NCBI GenBank assembly: GCA_043228905.1
Contig: JBHGNT010000020.1
Location: 13,640,001-13,704,000, forward strand
Length of the DNA: 64,000 bases
DNA from: Azolla caroliniana
Taxonomy: Eukaryota; Plantae; Polypodiophyta
Direction of reading: 5' to 3'
Both the position numbers and the translations under genes were made by a program. The notes under the pieces are model-generated. The model was given only the letters and a program-made list of their open reading frames with translations. It made no database searches and was not told the origin of the DNA. How positions within the stretch are numbered: position 1 is the stretch's first letter; each line of letters begins with the position of its first letter. Shown piece by piece: positions 38,127-50,300 of this stretch.

Positions 38127-40475
38127 CTATGCTAAGCAGACCTTATTATTTGAAGCCTTAGCAATGTCCGATTTGGGAGGAGGAGGCGTAGTATCGAAAG
38201 GGAGCATTGGTAAGGGTGTGGCGGTTCTCGCGGCATTGTGTTTGGTGGTTCTCGTGGGGGCGCTGTGTTTCGTGGACAATAATAAGCGTTGGACTCGTAA
38301 CGTTTGGTGGTTCCAATCGGTCCGAAGGACAAGGATGGATGTGGTGAGTGCGGCCACCGTGACACCGGCCGCGAGGCCCGCCCACAATCCGAAGAGCCCC
38401 ATCTTCCTCTCGAACCCTAAGTAGATTCCCAACGGGATCCCGAGGCCGTAAAACGCAACCAGATCCACCGCCGCCGCCGCCCTCTGCCGGTCGCAACCCC
38501 GCAGAACCCCTCCCCCCACAATGTGCACGAAATTCCCCATCTCCATAGCCGCCGTGAGAGGCACCAATTCCGCCACACCCGCCATGGTTCGATCCCCATC
38601 CTCCCCTATGAAGAACCGCCCCCAGCCGAAGGCGTAGGAGAGTGCCCAATAGGCGGCGCCGCCACAGCCCAGGAAGGCGGCCATCCACAGCGCCGCCATG
38701 GCCGCCCTCTTGGCCGGAGCTGCACGGCTCGCCCCTAGCTCGTTGCCCACCCTGATGCAAGCGCTGGACGCCATCGCTATCTGCAGGGCGTACAGGAGCG
38801 TGTTGCTGTTGAGCACGATGGCGATGGTTCTGCTAACTTCCGCCGCCTGCTGCTTCTCAGGGAGGCGCCCCGCCAGGAAGACGATGATCTGGTACGACCA
38901 GCCGTCCATGCAGGTTATGAAGCAGCAGGGCGCCGCAACGCGGAGGATCTGGGGCCACGACGCTATCGATGGCACCTCTGTGGCGATGGCACCGCTTCTC
39001 GCTGGTAGCAGAAGCGGCGTCTCCGCCTCCGCCTCCGCCGCCATCGCCGCCGCCCTCTGATGTCTGCGTATGTAGAGAAAGAGGATGAAAGCGTGAAGGA
39101 AATCGGTGACGGAAATTGCGACTGCCGTGCCAGGAGCGCCCATCTGGCGGTGGACCACAAATATGTAGTTGAGCGCGAGGTGGGCGGCGATGGCGGCGAT
39201 GGACGCGCAGGCGAGCGGCTTGTGGAGGGATTGAGAGCGGAGGAAGCCACGGAAAGGAGCCAGGAAGGAGGTGGCGACGAGGTCGGGGATGAGGAGGAGG
39301 AGGTAGCGTTGGGCGGCTTGGGCGGTTTGGGGGGCGGCGTCTTGGTGGCGGCGCAGGAGGTGGTCGGCTTGGGTCCAGGAGGCGGCGATGGGGAGGGAGG
39401 CGAGAAGAAGGAGGGAGATGCCTCTGCGGAGGGTGAGGTCAAGGTGGCGGCGATGGACGGCGGAGGAGGCGCCGTGGATGCGAGTGCAAACGGCTTCCAG
39501 CCCAGCCGCCAAGCCTAATAGGATGGACCAACCGCAGATGTTGGCCACGGTGAGAGCCAGCATGGCGCCGTGGACGTCTCCGCCGCCGCCGCCGCCGGCG
39601 AGAAACGTGGCGGTAACGACGAAGCGCGCGAACCACATCACGTTGGTGAATGTGATGGGCGCTCCTAGATGAACGCTCTGCCGGTTTATCTCGCTCCAGT
39701 GCGTCGCGGTTTGGGCGGTGGCGGCGCTTGAATGGGGCGGCGGCGGCGGCGGCTCTTCTGTCGGCGGCGGAGGCGTCACCGTCGTGACGGCGGCTTCGGA
39801 CCTGAGCCGCGGAGCACGGTGCCGCCGAATCTGCGCCCCGGATGGCGACAACACCGACACCTCCGGACGCATTTCTGCTGCAACCGTGGGATCGGCCGAA
39901 CTAGCAGGGATATCATCACCATTGATCGAACTAGCACTACTACCATCACCATGGATCGAGCTAGCATTGCTACTGCCCATGTTGCTTTCCACCCGCGAAT
40001 TCGTGGGTGTTCGGTCTCGTCTCAATGATCCGGTGCTGCAGTCTTCGCTATCGTTGCCATGGCTCTGCGGCCGGACAGGCCTCGACGACAACATTGACCC
40101 ATGAGAAGAACGCCGGCCATGCCGCCCATGGCCCGAACCGCTATAACTAGTCCTAGTTGGGGCATTGGTAGTAGTAGTGTTTGTTCTAGTGACAGTTGTT
40201 GGGTCACCGTGATCTTTACTGCTCCTAGAAGAACTTTCGTCGCCCGACATTGTGGGTGTCGATGCTAATGATGACGAGGAGGAGGAGGAGGATGATGCCG
40301 TGGACGAGGCCATTGAACATTTCCGTATGTAGAGCGGATATGGCGAATCGAAGCTCAGTGATTTCTTGATCTTATAGTTGGACATATCGACGGGACCGGC
40401 CGCACCTCCCCTCGGTACACACGAGCGATTAATTCTTCGGATCGTGATGGCCGTGCCCTGCCTCACAACCACCAT
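38127..40475 (-). CDS. MATE/DETOXIFICATION efflux transporter, DTX54-56-like, with a long Ser/Thr/Pro-rich N-terminal extension
   Basis: Motifs APITFTNVMWFAR, ANICGWSILLGL, RVGNELGA, GGVLRGC, LVAFYGLGIP, GLFGLWAGL and RTDW; multiple hydrophobic helices. An alternative start at MASSTAS is possible. Confidence 0.92.
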   Translation of the reverse strand: MVVVRQGTAITIRRINRSCVPRGGAAGPVDMSNYKIKKSLSFDSPYPLYIRKCSMASSTASSSSSSSSSLASTPTMSGDESSSRSSKDHGDPTTVTRTNTTTTNAPTRTSYSGSGHGRHGRRSSHGSMLSSRPVRPQSHGNDSEDCSTGSLRRDRTPTNSRVESNMGSSNASSIHGDGSSASSINGDDIPASSADPTVAAEMRPEVSVLSPSGAQIRRHRAPRLRSEAAVTTVTPPPPTEEPPPPPPHSSAATAQTATHWSEINRQSVHLGAPITFTNVMWFARFVVTATFLAGGGGGGDVHGAMLALTVANICGWSILLGLAAGLEAVCTRIHGASSAVHRRHLDLTLRRGISLLLLASLPIAASWTQADHLLRRHQDAAPQTAQAAQRYLLLLIPDLVATSFLAPFRGFLRSQSLHKPLACASIAAIAAHLALNYIFVVHRQMGAPGTAVAISVTDFLHAFILFLYIRRHQRAAAMAAEAEAETPLLLPARSGAIATEVPSIASWPQILRVAAPCCFITCMDGWSYQIIVFLAGRLPEKQQAAEVSRTIAIVLNSNTLLYALQIAMASSACIRVGNELGASRAAPAKRAAMAALWMAAFLGCGGAAYWALSYAFGWGRFFIGEDGDRTMAGVAELVPLTAAMEMGNFVHIVGGGVLRGCDRQRAAAAVDLVAFYGLGIPLGIYLGFERKMGLFGLWAGLAAGVTVAALTTSILVLRTDWNHQTLRVQRLLLSTKHSAPTRTTKHNAARTATPLPMLPFDTTPPPPKSDIAKASNNKVCLA

Positions 40476-42048
40476 ATACTACTACTGCATAATGGATATG
40501 GAACATCTTCTTCTTCTTGCAGATAGATTCATTTTTGTTGGCGCCATCGTTTCTTGTCTTTCTCTCTCCTGCGACGAGAAACAAATGGATAGATTTTTAA
40601 ATGGGCGCCCTCCCCAGGAGTCGCGCCTTATCTGCTTTTCTTTTGCTGCTGCTTAGAAGAGGATTGATTCATTTTACAGCAACATGTAGTGTGAATCCCC
40701 CCCCCCCCCAAGGCCTTATCAAAACAATACATTTGATAATATGTATGTATGAATGTCCCGTGGCTCCTTGGCATGTTGGCACGAACCCATGCCACTTACC
40801 AATGTGAGTGGGAACATTACAATTTTTTCTAACATCCGAGAGCAACCACGATTCTGCCGACACAAAAAAGAAACAACCCTAAGTAACTACCAGAACAAGC
40901 CGTAACATCGACATTTGCCACACTTTGAGTGTATGGTAATTTAATTGCCTCTTCACACATTAACGAGCATAAGCAATGACAGGTTGCTTCCCACCTACTG
41001 TGATCGAAATCACAAAACATGCCTAACTTCCTAACATGAGTATTTTCTTGCCGCTTGAGTGAGTGACGACAACTCATTTGTTAAAAATACATTGGGCGTG
41101 ATTGGGCAAACACAAATGTTGACACAATTGATGATGGATGTCCAACCAAAATGACACATGGTGTGATTTATCACTTGCCTCATCATTACGCAAGGTCATG
41201 GAAGAGTTGGGATAACTATAAGACCTTTTAACAAAAATCTATATTAGGGTTACGCTCTTGACCATCACATTGTCAAATGTGAACAACATTGTTGCCCAAA
41301 ATGTTGTGTGCCTTCTGAGTCCCACTGCTCTGAAGACAATAATTGTTATGGACTCAAAATTATAAAGCTCCCCCTCTAGAATGTCTAATGCATCAACCAA
41401 ATTTAGGTAACCCATCTTCATGAGGTGCATATTGATTGATCTTCTGTACAACGACATAGTGTGAAAAATGGCAAGGACCAATTAACAAGAATGTAACGCG
41501 ATTCTATCACACTCTTCATCATATATGAAAGAAAGTCACGATTTTAAATATGGAGTCTTTGAGGCCCCAGGCTACGAAAAACATTATGTTGAACAAAAAA
41601 AACTCTAATATGATGCATTGACAACCATATGTCAAGTGTGACCTTAAAAATATTGTTGCAAAATATTGTATACGATCATTATATCCAGAACATCAATCAT
41701 GTGTTTAGTTCTAAGATTATATTTGAGGTTTAGGGTTAAATGGTTGCATAACATAATTGTAAATGGAACTGTCTTCTCTCACAATAGATTAAACCAGGGT
41801 CATGTTATCTATTGGTGAGTGAACGGGTTTGAATATGTATAAATAATGACCTCAAAATTATGAGACCTTCAGTTATTTTCTATGTCTATATCTATATATA
41901 TGAAAATTGGAGAACCCTTCATTGATAGAGAACACATGTTGTAGATCAAAATAATATTCCTGAGCTTCAATTGATTTTAGTCATGAAAGAATTTACATAA
42001 AAAACTTGCTTTTGTGTAAAGAAAGAATGCGTATTTGAACTTTGGTTG

Positions 42049-44257
42049 TCATGAAGTGGTGATGTCCGAGAGGAGCAAAGCTTCATGTTTCTTTTTACTT
42101 TGCTTATTAAACTGCAGGAAATGGTCATCAGAAGAGCAGAGCATTCAATGATTTAATCTTCTTATTATCAAAACATCTGTAGTGATTTAATCTTCTTATA
42201 CCTTTCTGAGGATAGATTTTTCATTCAAATTCTCCTGATGGCTTCTATTTTCTTTGCATTTGAAGGTGCCATGGTTTGTCTTCTTGTTATTTCCAGACTT
42301 TGTGAGTTGTATCAACTGCAAATGAAAACAAAGAAAAAAATACAAGGATACTGGCGTTAACCATCTATATTATCAGTTTTAATCAAAGAAAATGCATAGG
42401 CTTTTGGTTGAATTAACCAATGTCCATATCATGAGTTTTAAGGGAGAAAATAAACGTAATTGTCATAATGGTTAACCATCCATGGCTATCATTTTTAACC
42501 AGAAAAAAGCACGAATTTTTGGTGGAATCAACCGTCCATAGCATGAGTATTTTATAACTACAGAAAATGCACGAAATTGGTTGTATTAAATTTTCAAGAC
42601 ATCAGTTTTAACTAGAGAACTGCATAAAATTTCTTCAGTTTTAACCAGACACATTGCATGAAGTTGGCTGAGTTAACCATCAACAGTATCCATTTCAAAC
42701 CGAAAAATATGCACAATTAATTCTTTAGACATACATAGATGATAAGTTTTAACCACAGACAGGTATGAATTTTAGTTAAGTTGAAGCTCATGAAATTAGT
42801 TAAAAAAAGGTCAAGGCAATAAGATTTTTGAATGAAATAAATCAATCCGGCTTACATTAGTGATTCCCTCCAAAACCATAGAGTTCCTACTGTCTGTAAT
42901 ATTATGGCTCAATTTTTGCTTTTGCTTGATCTGTGTATAAGCACAGAAAATCATAGTTAAGATTAACTATCCATAAGAGAAGTAAGAAAAAAAGAGAGAC
43001 ATTCTTAATCAAATCAAGCTGAAATTTTAACGCTCATCAATTTACATTTGAATCAATGGTTTGAGTTACGATTGGTCACACATTTTGGGCTGCACAAGTC
43101 TCGTATAGGCCTTGTTTGGCTTGCTAAAATGTCATCATCCACTTTGGATGAAATTTTGCAAGCCTGTGGAAAGGCTTACATTTTCATGGTATCAGCTTTG
43201 ATCAGAGAAAGGAATCGATCATATACTGGTCAGCCTTTGTACCATCCAAGGCATCATCTTAAATCAGTGGAAAACCCTTTGAAAGGAAAAAATGTTTTAA
43301 CCATCAAGACTAGGCGTAGAAATTAAACGGGTGTGGCTTACGTTGGTGGTTCTCTCTAAAGTGCTGCGATTCCCTTCACTGGAGCGATCTGGCTTCTCAC
43401 TTTGCTTCTGTTTGGGCTGTATATTAACACATGTATTTGTTCTAGTCAGAGAATAGACACCATTTACGATAAACAAACGGATGCGGATGATAGAAAAGTC
43501 ATGAATTTGCATAAATTAAACAAACAACCGGTCTGGATGAAGCAAAATCTATGAATTCAGATGGTTCAAATCTGGATCGAGAAGAAAATACAGATTTTTC
43601 TTTCATTAACAAATCTGGTATCAGTTGGTTTAATTAAATGACAAACGGATGTAGATCAAAGAAAAGTAATGAGACACGGTTGGTTTAATTTATTCAATAT
43701 TAAACCTGTTGTCTTACATTAGATATTCCTGCCAGAACGCATGAACTCCTGTCATCTGTACGATCAGCAACGTTCCATTTTTGCTTCTGTATAGGCGTAA
43801 TCTGTATATTATGGTCGTTCTCCGAAGTATAATTAGAAGGCAGGAATAGTTGTTTCTTAACAAGAATCTTCAAATCTCGCCATGATGAAAAAGATGGTTT
43901 GTTGGTGCGTTTCAAAAGGGAACAGGAAATAGCAGTAGTAGTAACGGTAGTACGAGAACAAGTAGAAGAAGCGGAAGAGATTTGGTTCGATTCATCCCAT
44001 ACTCCATTTCTGTCTTCATCATGATCACCAACCATGGCTTCGTTAAGGTAAAAGGAGCTCTGATCGTCATGATTTATAGGATTTTCAGAGCGTGAAAGAT
44101 TGAAGCGAGATTTGAATGCTTTTAGAAGTAAGGATTCATTTTCTTCATCCCCTTCTCGTTCTTCTACTAATGCTTGTTGGTGCAGTCGATCTGATCGATA
44201 ATCATCGACTTTAGAGTACCGTTGCCGTTGGCAAGGGAACAATCTGAAACCGGACAT
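42049..44257 (-). CDS. Uncharacterised, probably lineage-specific hydrophilic protein of about 267 aa; exons 44257-43706, 43416-43342, 42315-42202, 42111-42049
   Basis: Four exons joined by canonical phase-0 GT-AG introns with no internal stops, plus a CT-rich 5' UTR. No domain recognised. Confidence 0.65.
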
Positions 44258-44580
44258 GGATATGGCGATTTCTCTCTCCCTTTTTTCTCTCAGATAGATC
44301 TCTCTGCGTCTGAGCGTGCATCAGATCGCTGAAGAAGAAGAAGAAGAAGAAGAAGAAGACGGCGAGTGTTTTGATTCCCTGTTCAAAGGTAACGGATACT
44401 TTCTTCGTCACGAAACCAAATTAGTTTTATAAATTATAATCACACGACAGACAGATAAGAGTGGAGATGTGTCTGCAGACAATGATTTGCAGAGAGAAAA
44501 TAAAAGATATATATTAGAAAAAGATATACATATATATATCTTAACGCCTTTTAAGAGAAAAGGATAAAAATAAACTAGGA

Positions 44581-44617
44581 TGTGAGAAGCTCCGGTATTG
44601 AACCCGAGACCTAAGTT
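44581..44617 (-). other. tRNA/SINE-like B-box fragment
   Basis: Minus strand reads aggtctcgGGTTCAATACCggagcttctcaca. Confidence 0.35.
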
Positions 44618-44982
44618 AAAAACTCCAGCATTTAAACGCTAAGATAAATCTTAGGGAAAAACTCCATCTTTGGACATAGGGAAAATCTTATTTAAACCTT
44701 AAGAATGGTTTATCTGCATATTTCACTTTATCTATATATTATTTTGAAAACTTAAACCAATACCCCATGTTATACGTGTATTATATACACAGTATCAACC
44801 ATACGTATCATACGCGCATTCGCATTCGAGAATGTTTCAATCATTCGGGTATGGTAAACACCCTCGAAGTATGGTAAATACTATACTTTTGTATTCATTA
44901 TTTATTATAAGGTAAAAAAAATTTTAAGGTAAGAAAGTAAAGGTAGAAAGTGTAATGAAAAACATATAAGAATGTTTTGATA

Positions 44983-45430
44983 ACATACGCATTCGTTTGA
45001 TTTCGTATGAAAAAGAATGTTTGCCAATGCATTCGAGTATATTACGTACTATGATTATATATCTATCTATCTATCTATCTATCTACCTATATATACATAC
45101 GCATTCGTTTGATTTCGTATGAAAAAGAATGTTTGCCAATGCATTCGAGTATATTACGTACTATGATTATATATCTATCTATCTATCTATCTATCTACCT
45201 ATATATACATACGCATTCGTTTGATTTCGTATGAAAAAGAATGTTTGCCAATGCATTCGAGTATATTACGTACTATGATTATATATCTATCTATCTATCT
45301 ATCTATCTACCTATATATACATACGCATTCGTTTGATTTCGTATGAAAAAGAATGTTTGCCAATGCATTCGAGTATATTACGTACTATGATTATATATCT
45401 ATCTATCTATCTATCTATCTACCTATATAT
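44983..45430. repeat. 112-bp tandem repeat, 4 copies, each containing (TATC)n
   Basis: acatacgcattcgtttgatttcgtatgaaaaagaatg... starts at 44983, 45095, 45207 and 45319; the copies look identical. Confidence 0.95.
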
Positions 45431-45583
45431 ATATATATATGGATGGAGAGAGAGAGAAAAGAAAGAAAGAAAGATATATTAACGTCTTCTAAGGCCAAAA
45501 TTGGCCCATGAGACAAATGGTTTACAACAAAAAATGGGATATTTACCCATTCATCGAAAGTAAAGTAAAAAATAAAAATAAAA

Positions 45584-45631
<48 letters not shown>

Positions 45632-47335
45632 AAAAAAAGTTTCCCTAAACATAGTTTATATCCTAGTGTACGCGATCCATGTTGTTATGAACATTCCTTC
45701 CTTCAATCCTTGACACCTTCTCAATTGAGGTCTTCAGCTATAGACGGGATACATCGTTGTCAATGGAGGTCTTGGGTTGTGAAATTGTTGCTACATCCTG
45801 TGTGCCCATATAAGGGTTGATTCCGGATGCAATATTTATTTGAATCGCCATGGGTCAACCCTGCTCATCATATGTTGAATGGTGGTGGAGTTTGTATATA
45901 AAGGTTGTTATATTGTGATGTACAAAACTTAGAACCAAATTCTCTCCCTTTTTCCATTCATCATTTGCTCTATTTATACATTCATGTTCCTTTAGTTACA
46001 TTCTTGATTCGACCTCTAACTAACTCTAGTGCTTTCTTGATGTGTCTTGGTTCGACTTGGGACCGAACCAACATGGTTTGGTCCTGATACATGACACCTC
46101 ACCCTTTGAGAAAATGAAACCCAAGCTCTCACGCATTTCCCACCAGGTGGCCCAAAAAGTTGGGACACCTAAAAAAAAGAGCTTTTTGACTTTTCCCACG
46201 TTTCACAAAATGAAAAATCAATTTTTTAACATCTACTAGTGCGCAGTGGACTGTGTGTGATATTGTGACTGTGGTCGGCATGCTTGATCCAGGTATCTTT
46301 TTAATCCGTGAAATGTGTGCAACAGTCTGGGATGATGTATCCATTCTCCGTAGTTAATAAGTATTAGCCCTGATGCGGTGTGTGACCTGATAAGGACCGA
46401 GCCAATGATGCATAAAAGACTCGCACAGTCCTTTGCGGCAAATAGGGTAATAAACCCTCACTTGGTCCTCGATTTCCAATTCTCCTGGCTGATGTGTGGC
46501 ATCGGAATGTTTCTTCTGGTGTTGTTGTGCCTTATTAAGGTTGTATTGGAGTGCCCGTCGAAGGAGAGGAATGTTGGATTGCAAGTATAACCACCATGAC
46601 ATTGCATCCGTGTGATTGGTGTGTATCTTGATGACTTGTGGGTCTGGTGGAAGTCGTGGATCCCCGCCATACAATGCTCGGAATGGACTCACTCTAGTTT
46701 ATTCTTGAACCGAAGTGTTGTAAGCATGTACTGCAAATGGAAGTACCTGATCCCATGACTGGTGCAGTGGATCAACATAAGTTGTTATCACTTGTTTTAT
46801 AGTTTTGTTCATCCTTTCTGTGAGCCCGTTAGTTTGGGGATGGTATGGTGAGGTAAATATTGCTTGATCCCCAAACTTTGTGCAAGTACTTTGAGAACTT
46901 CACTTCAAAATTGAGATCCCTGATCTGAAAGGAGTTGTTGTGGACACCTGTGGGGAAAAATGATGTGTTGCAGGAGCACCCTCGCTACTGTACTTGTTGA
47001 ATCAGGTAGAGCAACTGCCTCACACCAACGACTCAGGTATTCTGTGATCACTAATATGTATTGGTTGCCCTGAAGTGAAACTGGAAATGGCCCCATGAGG
47101 TCCCAATCGACCATCTCAAAGGGTTCTTTCACAGTGATCCACTTGTGGATTGTGGATTCTTCATAGCCTAGCACGTGGGACATGATTGGAGGAACGCCGA
47201 TCTGGATTGTCGCAGCTTCGGCCAATAGTACATGGAGCGTATTCGATGGAGAAGTTTATGGAAACCGAAATGACCAGATAGTTGATGGCTATGATAGAAG
47301 TCAAGGTATGTCACTCGCAATGCTTCGGGGACACA

Positions 47336-50300
47336 TGTTGGAAGCGAGGTCGTTAATGCGGAAGATCTTGAAGCATTCTGTTCTGTTCAGTACCTGCGTA
47401 TGAGAGATTGTAGGTCGTTGCACAGAGAGAGAGAGAGAGACACAAAAGACTTTCTTATTGCATAAACAAAGAATACAACAACCAACCTCACAAAGAGGTT
47501 ACAAGGTCACTATATATAGTGACCAACTTAGGGCAACTACCCTTTATGCTAATTACATAAATGGCCAAAACGGGATAGTGTGAATACGTCCATTATACAC
47601 ATGTATTCGACACTCCCCCGTAATGGGCGTATACATGGGTTATCTAAGATTACAGGTATAGACTTAGGTTCTCGGACATATCAGCTTTGTTCGAGTCGGC
47701 AGGGTCCGAAGGCAGAAGACCGAGCTGGTCGGGTCGGAACAGTTGAAGCCGATCATTAAGGAACTGACGTCGGTTGTCGGGAACCATCCTGCTCTGTGTC
47801 CGGCTCTAACCGGACTGGTTTGTCGTTACGCCCATCTGATGCCGAAGAGACCGAAAGCGGTCTGCCGAAAGACACTTGGTCATTCCATCTGCGACATTGT
47901 CGGTTGTGGATATTTTCTCTAGACCGATTTTCCCTGAAATGACGCAGTCCCGAACGAAGTGATATCGAACGTCGATATGCTTGGAGGCGTTGTGGTGAAC
48001 CGGATTTTTCGACAAGGCAACAACACCTTGACTGTCGCTGTAGACAACTGGAGCCGAGTCATGGTCGACTTGTCGAAACGTGTGCGCCAGCCGACCAAGC
48101 CATAAGGCTTCTTTTGCTGCGTCGGACGCAGCTACATATTCTGCTTCGGTCGTTGAGGTCGCTGTGCATTCCTGAAGTTTCGACTTCCACGAGATTGCTC
48201 CATTGCCGAATTTGAAGCAGTATCCGGTTGTTGATTTCCGACTGTCTATACAGCCGGCGAAGTCCGAGTCGGTGTAACCGACTACGCCTGAGGTTCGGTT
48301 CGGACCGAAAAGAATGCCGTGGTCTTTTGTGCCAGCCAGATATCTGAACACATGCTTGACTGCGTTCCAATGCGATCGGCCAGGATTGTGCATAAATCTG
48401 CTAACGACTCCTACGGCATGAGAGATATCAGGCCGTGTCGCGACCATCAGGTACATAAGGGAGCCGACTGCCGGTGCATACGGTACCGACTTCATATCTT
48501 CCCCCTCCGGACCGGATGTCGGGCAGTCTCGCTGAGAGAGCCGAAGATTCATGGGGAGCGGGGTTGAAGCAGATTTGGCTGATTGCATGTTGAAGCGTTC
48601 CAAGACACGTCCGATGTAGTCGGTCTGAGACAAAAAAAGATGTCGTTTATCGCGATGCCGACTAATCTTCATGCCGAGTATGTGTCGTGCCGGGCCGAGG
48701 TCCTTCATGGCAAACTTCAACCGCAGTTGCCGAACGAGGTCGGCAAGTTCGCCCGCGTGGCGTCCAGAAATTAGCATGTCGTCCACGTAAATGATGAGGA
48801 AGATGGGTGATCCATCTTGAGCTGTGTTGGTGAAGAGACAATGGTCCTCATCGCTTTTGGAGAAGCCGATCGATTGGATGAAGTCGTCGAACTTCTTGTA
48901 CCATTGTCGCGGTGCCTGTTTGAGGCCGTATAGACTCTTCCTGAGTCGGCAGACTAGATGTTCTTGGCCGGTTGCCACGAAGCCTTTCGGCTGCTCCATA
49001 TAAATTTCCTCGTCAAGATCACCATGGAGGAATGCTGTTTTGACATCTAGCTGAATCAGCTCCAAGTTGTCGGCTGCCACTACGCCGAGTAGGAAACGAA
49101 GGGTTGTCATTTTCACCACTGGTGAAAAAATCTCGTCGAAGTCGACGCCATATTCTTGTCGGAAGCCCTTCGCAACTAATCTGGCCTTGTACTTTGGGGT
49201 GGTCGAATCTGACGTCTCTTTTAGTCGATAAACCCACTTGCAAGGAAGAGCACGTCGGTTCCTAGGTAATTCGACCAGATCCCAAGTCTTGTTTGCCCGA
49301 ATGGAGTGCATTTCCGACTCCATCGCCAGATGCCAGGTGGCGGAATCGACAGATGTCGATGCTTCTTCGTAAGACGTCGGTTCGCCGGCGTCGGTGAAGA
49401 AAATTCCAGGAGAATACCTCTCCGGAGGTTGCGACAGTCTCTCGGATCGTCGAGGCATGATTGGACTGGTCGCATCGGGTATCGTGGTCGGATGGTCCGA
49501 AAGCGGATTGTTCTGCTGTGCCGAGTCGGAGTTGTCCGAGTCGGTAGTGTAAGGTTCAGCTACCCGTGAAGCTGACCGTGTGTTGAGAGCGGGGCCTTCT
49601 TGAAGGGTCGGCACATCGGAAAAGGTTACCCTTCGGACTTCGATCGGTTTTTCGACTGATGGATTCATGGCCGACTCGTTGAACACAACGTCCGAACTTC
49701 GAACGATTTGTCTGCGTTCGGGGTCCCAGAGTCGGTATCCCATTTCGCCGTCGGATCCATATCCAAGGAAAATGCATTTCCTGGACCGAGGTGCAAGTTT
49801 TCGGCGATCATCTTTCGGAATAAGGGCGTACGCCTCGCATCCGAAGATCCTCAGCTTGTCGTAATTCGGCTTACTGCCGATCCATAGTTCCTGAGGAATT
49901 TGAAGTCCTAGAGGTCTACTTGGCGACATATTGATTATGTGTACTGCCGTGAGTAGAGCCTCTGCCCAGAAGCCATCCGACAGTCCGGAGTGTTGGAGCA
50001 TGGAGACTAACCGTTCTTGGATTGTCCGATTCATGCGTTCGGCAATCCCGTTTTGCTCCGGACTGTGTGGTGCCGTAAGTTCACGTCGGATGCCGCGTTG
50101 TCGGCAGAATTTGACGAATTCTTCGGATTTGAACTCTCCCCCATTGTCTGTCCGAAAGCATTTCAGCTTTCGGTCGGTTTGATTTTCCACCATAGCGAGC
50201 CAATCTGAAAAGATCGAGAAGACACGATCTTTGGTGCGAATTGGATACGCCCACACCTTTCGAGTCGAGTCGTCAATAAAAGTGACGAAGTAAGATGCAC

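Noticed and set aside
38158-40104. Many overlapping ORFs in alternative frames of the MATE gene
   Set aside because: These are expected shadow ORFs in GC-rich coding DNA.
38127-40475. Horizontal transfer suggested by high GC
   Set aside because: The protein resembles the plant DTX54-56 group, and the plant-type aspartic protease in the window is similarly GC-rich.
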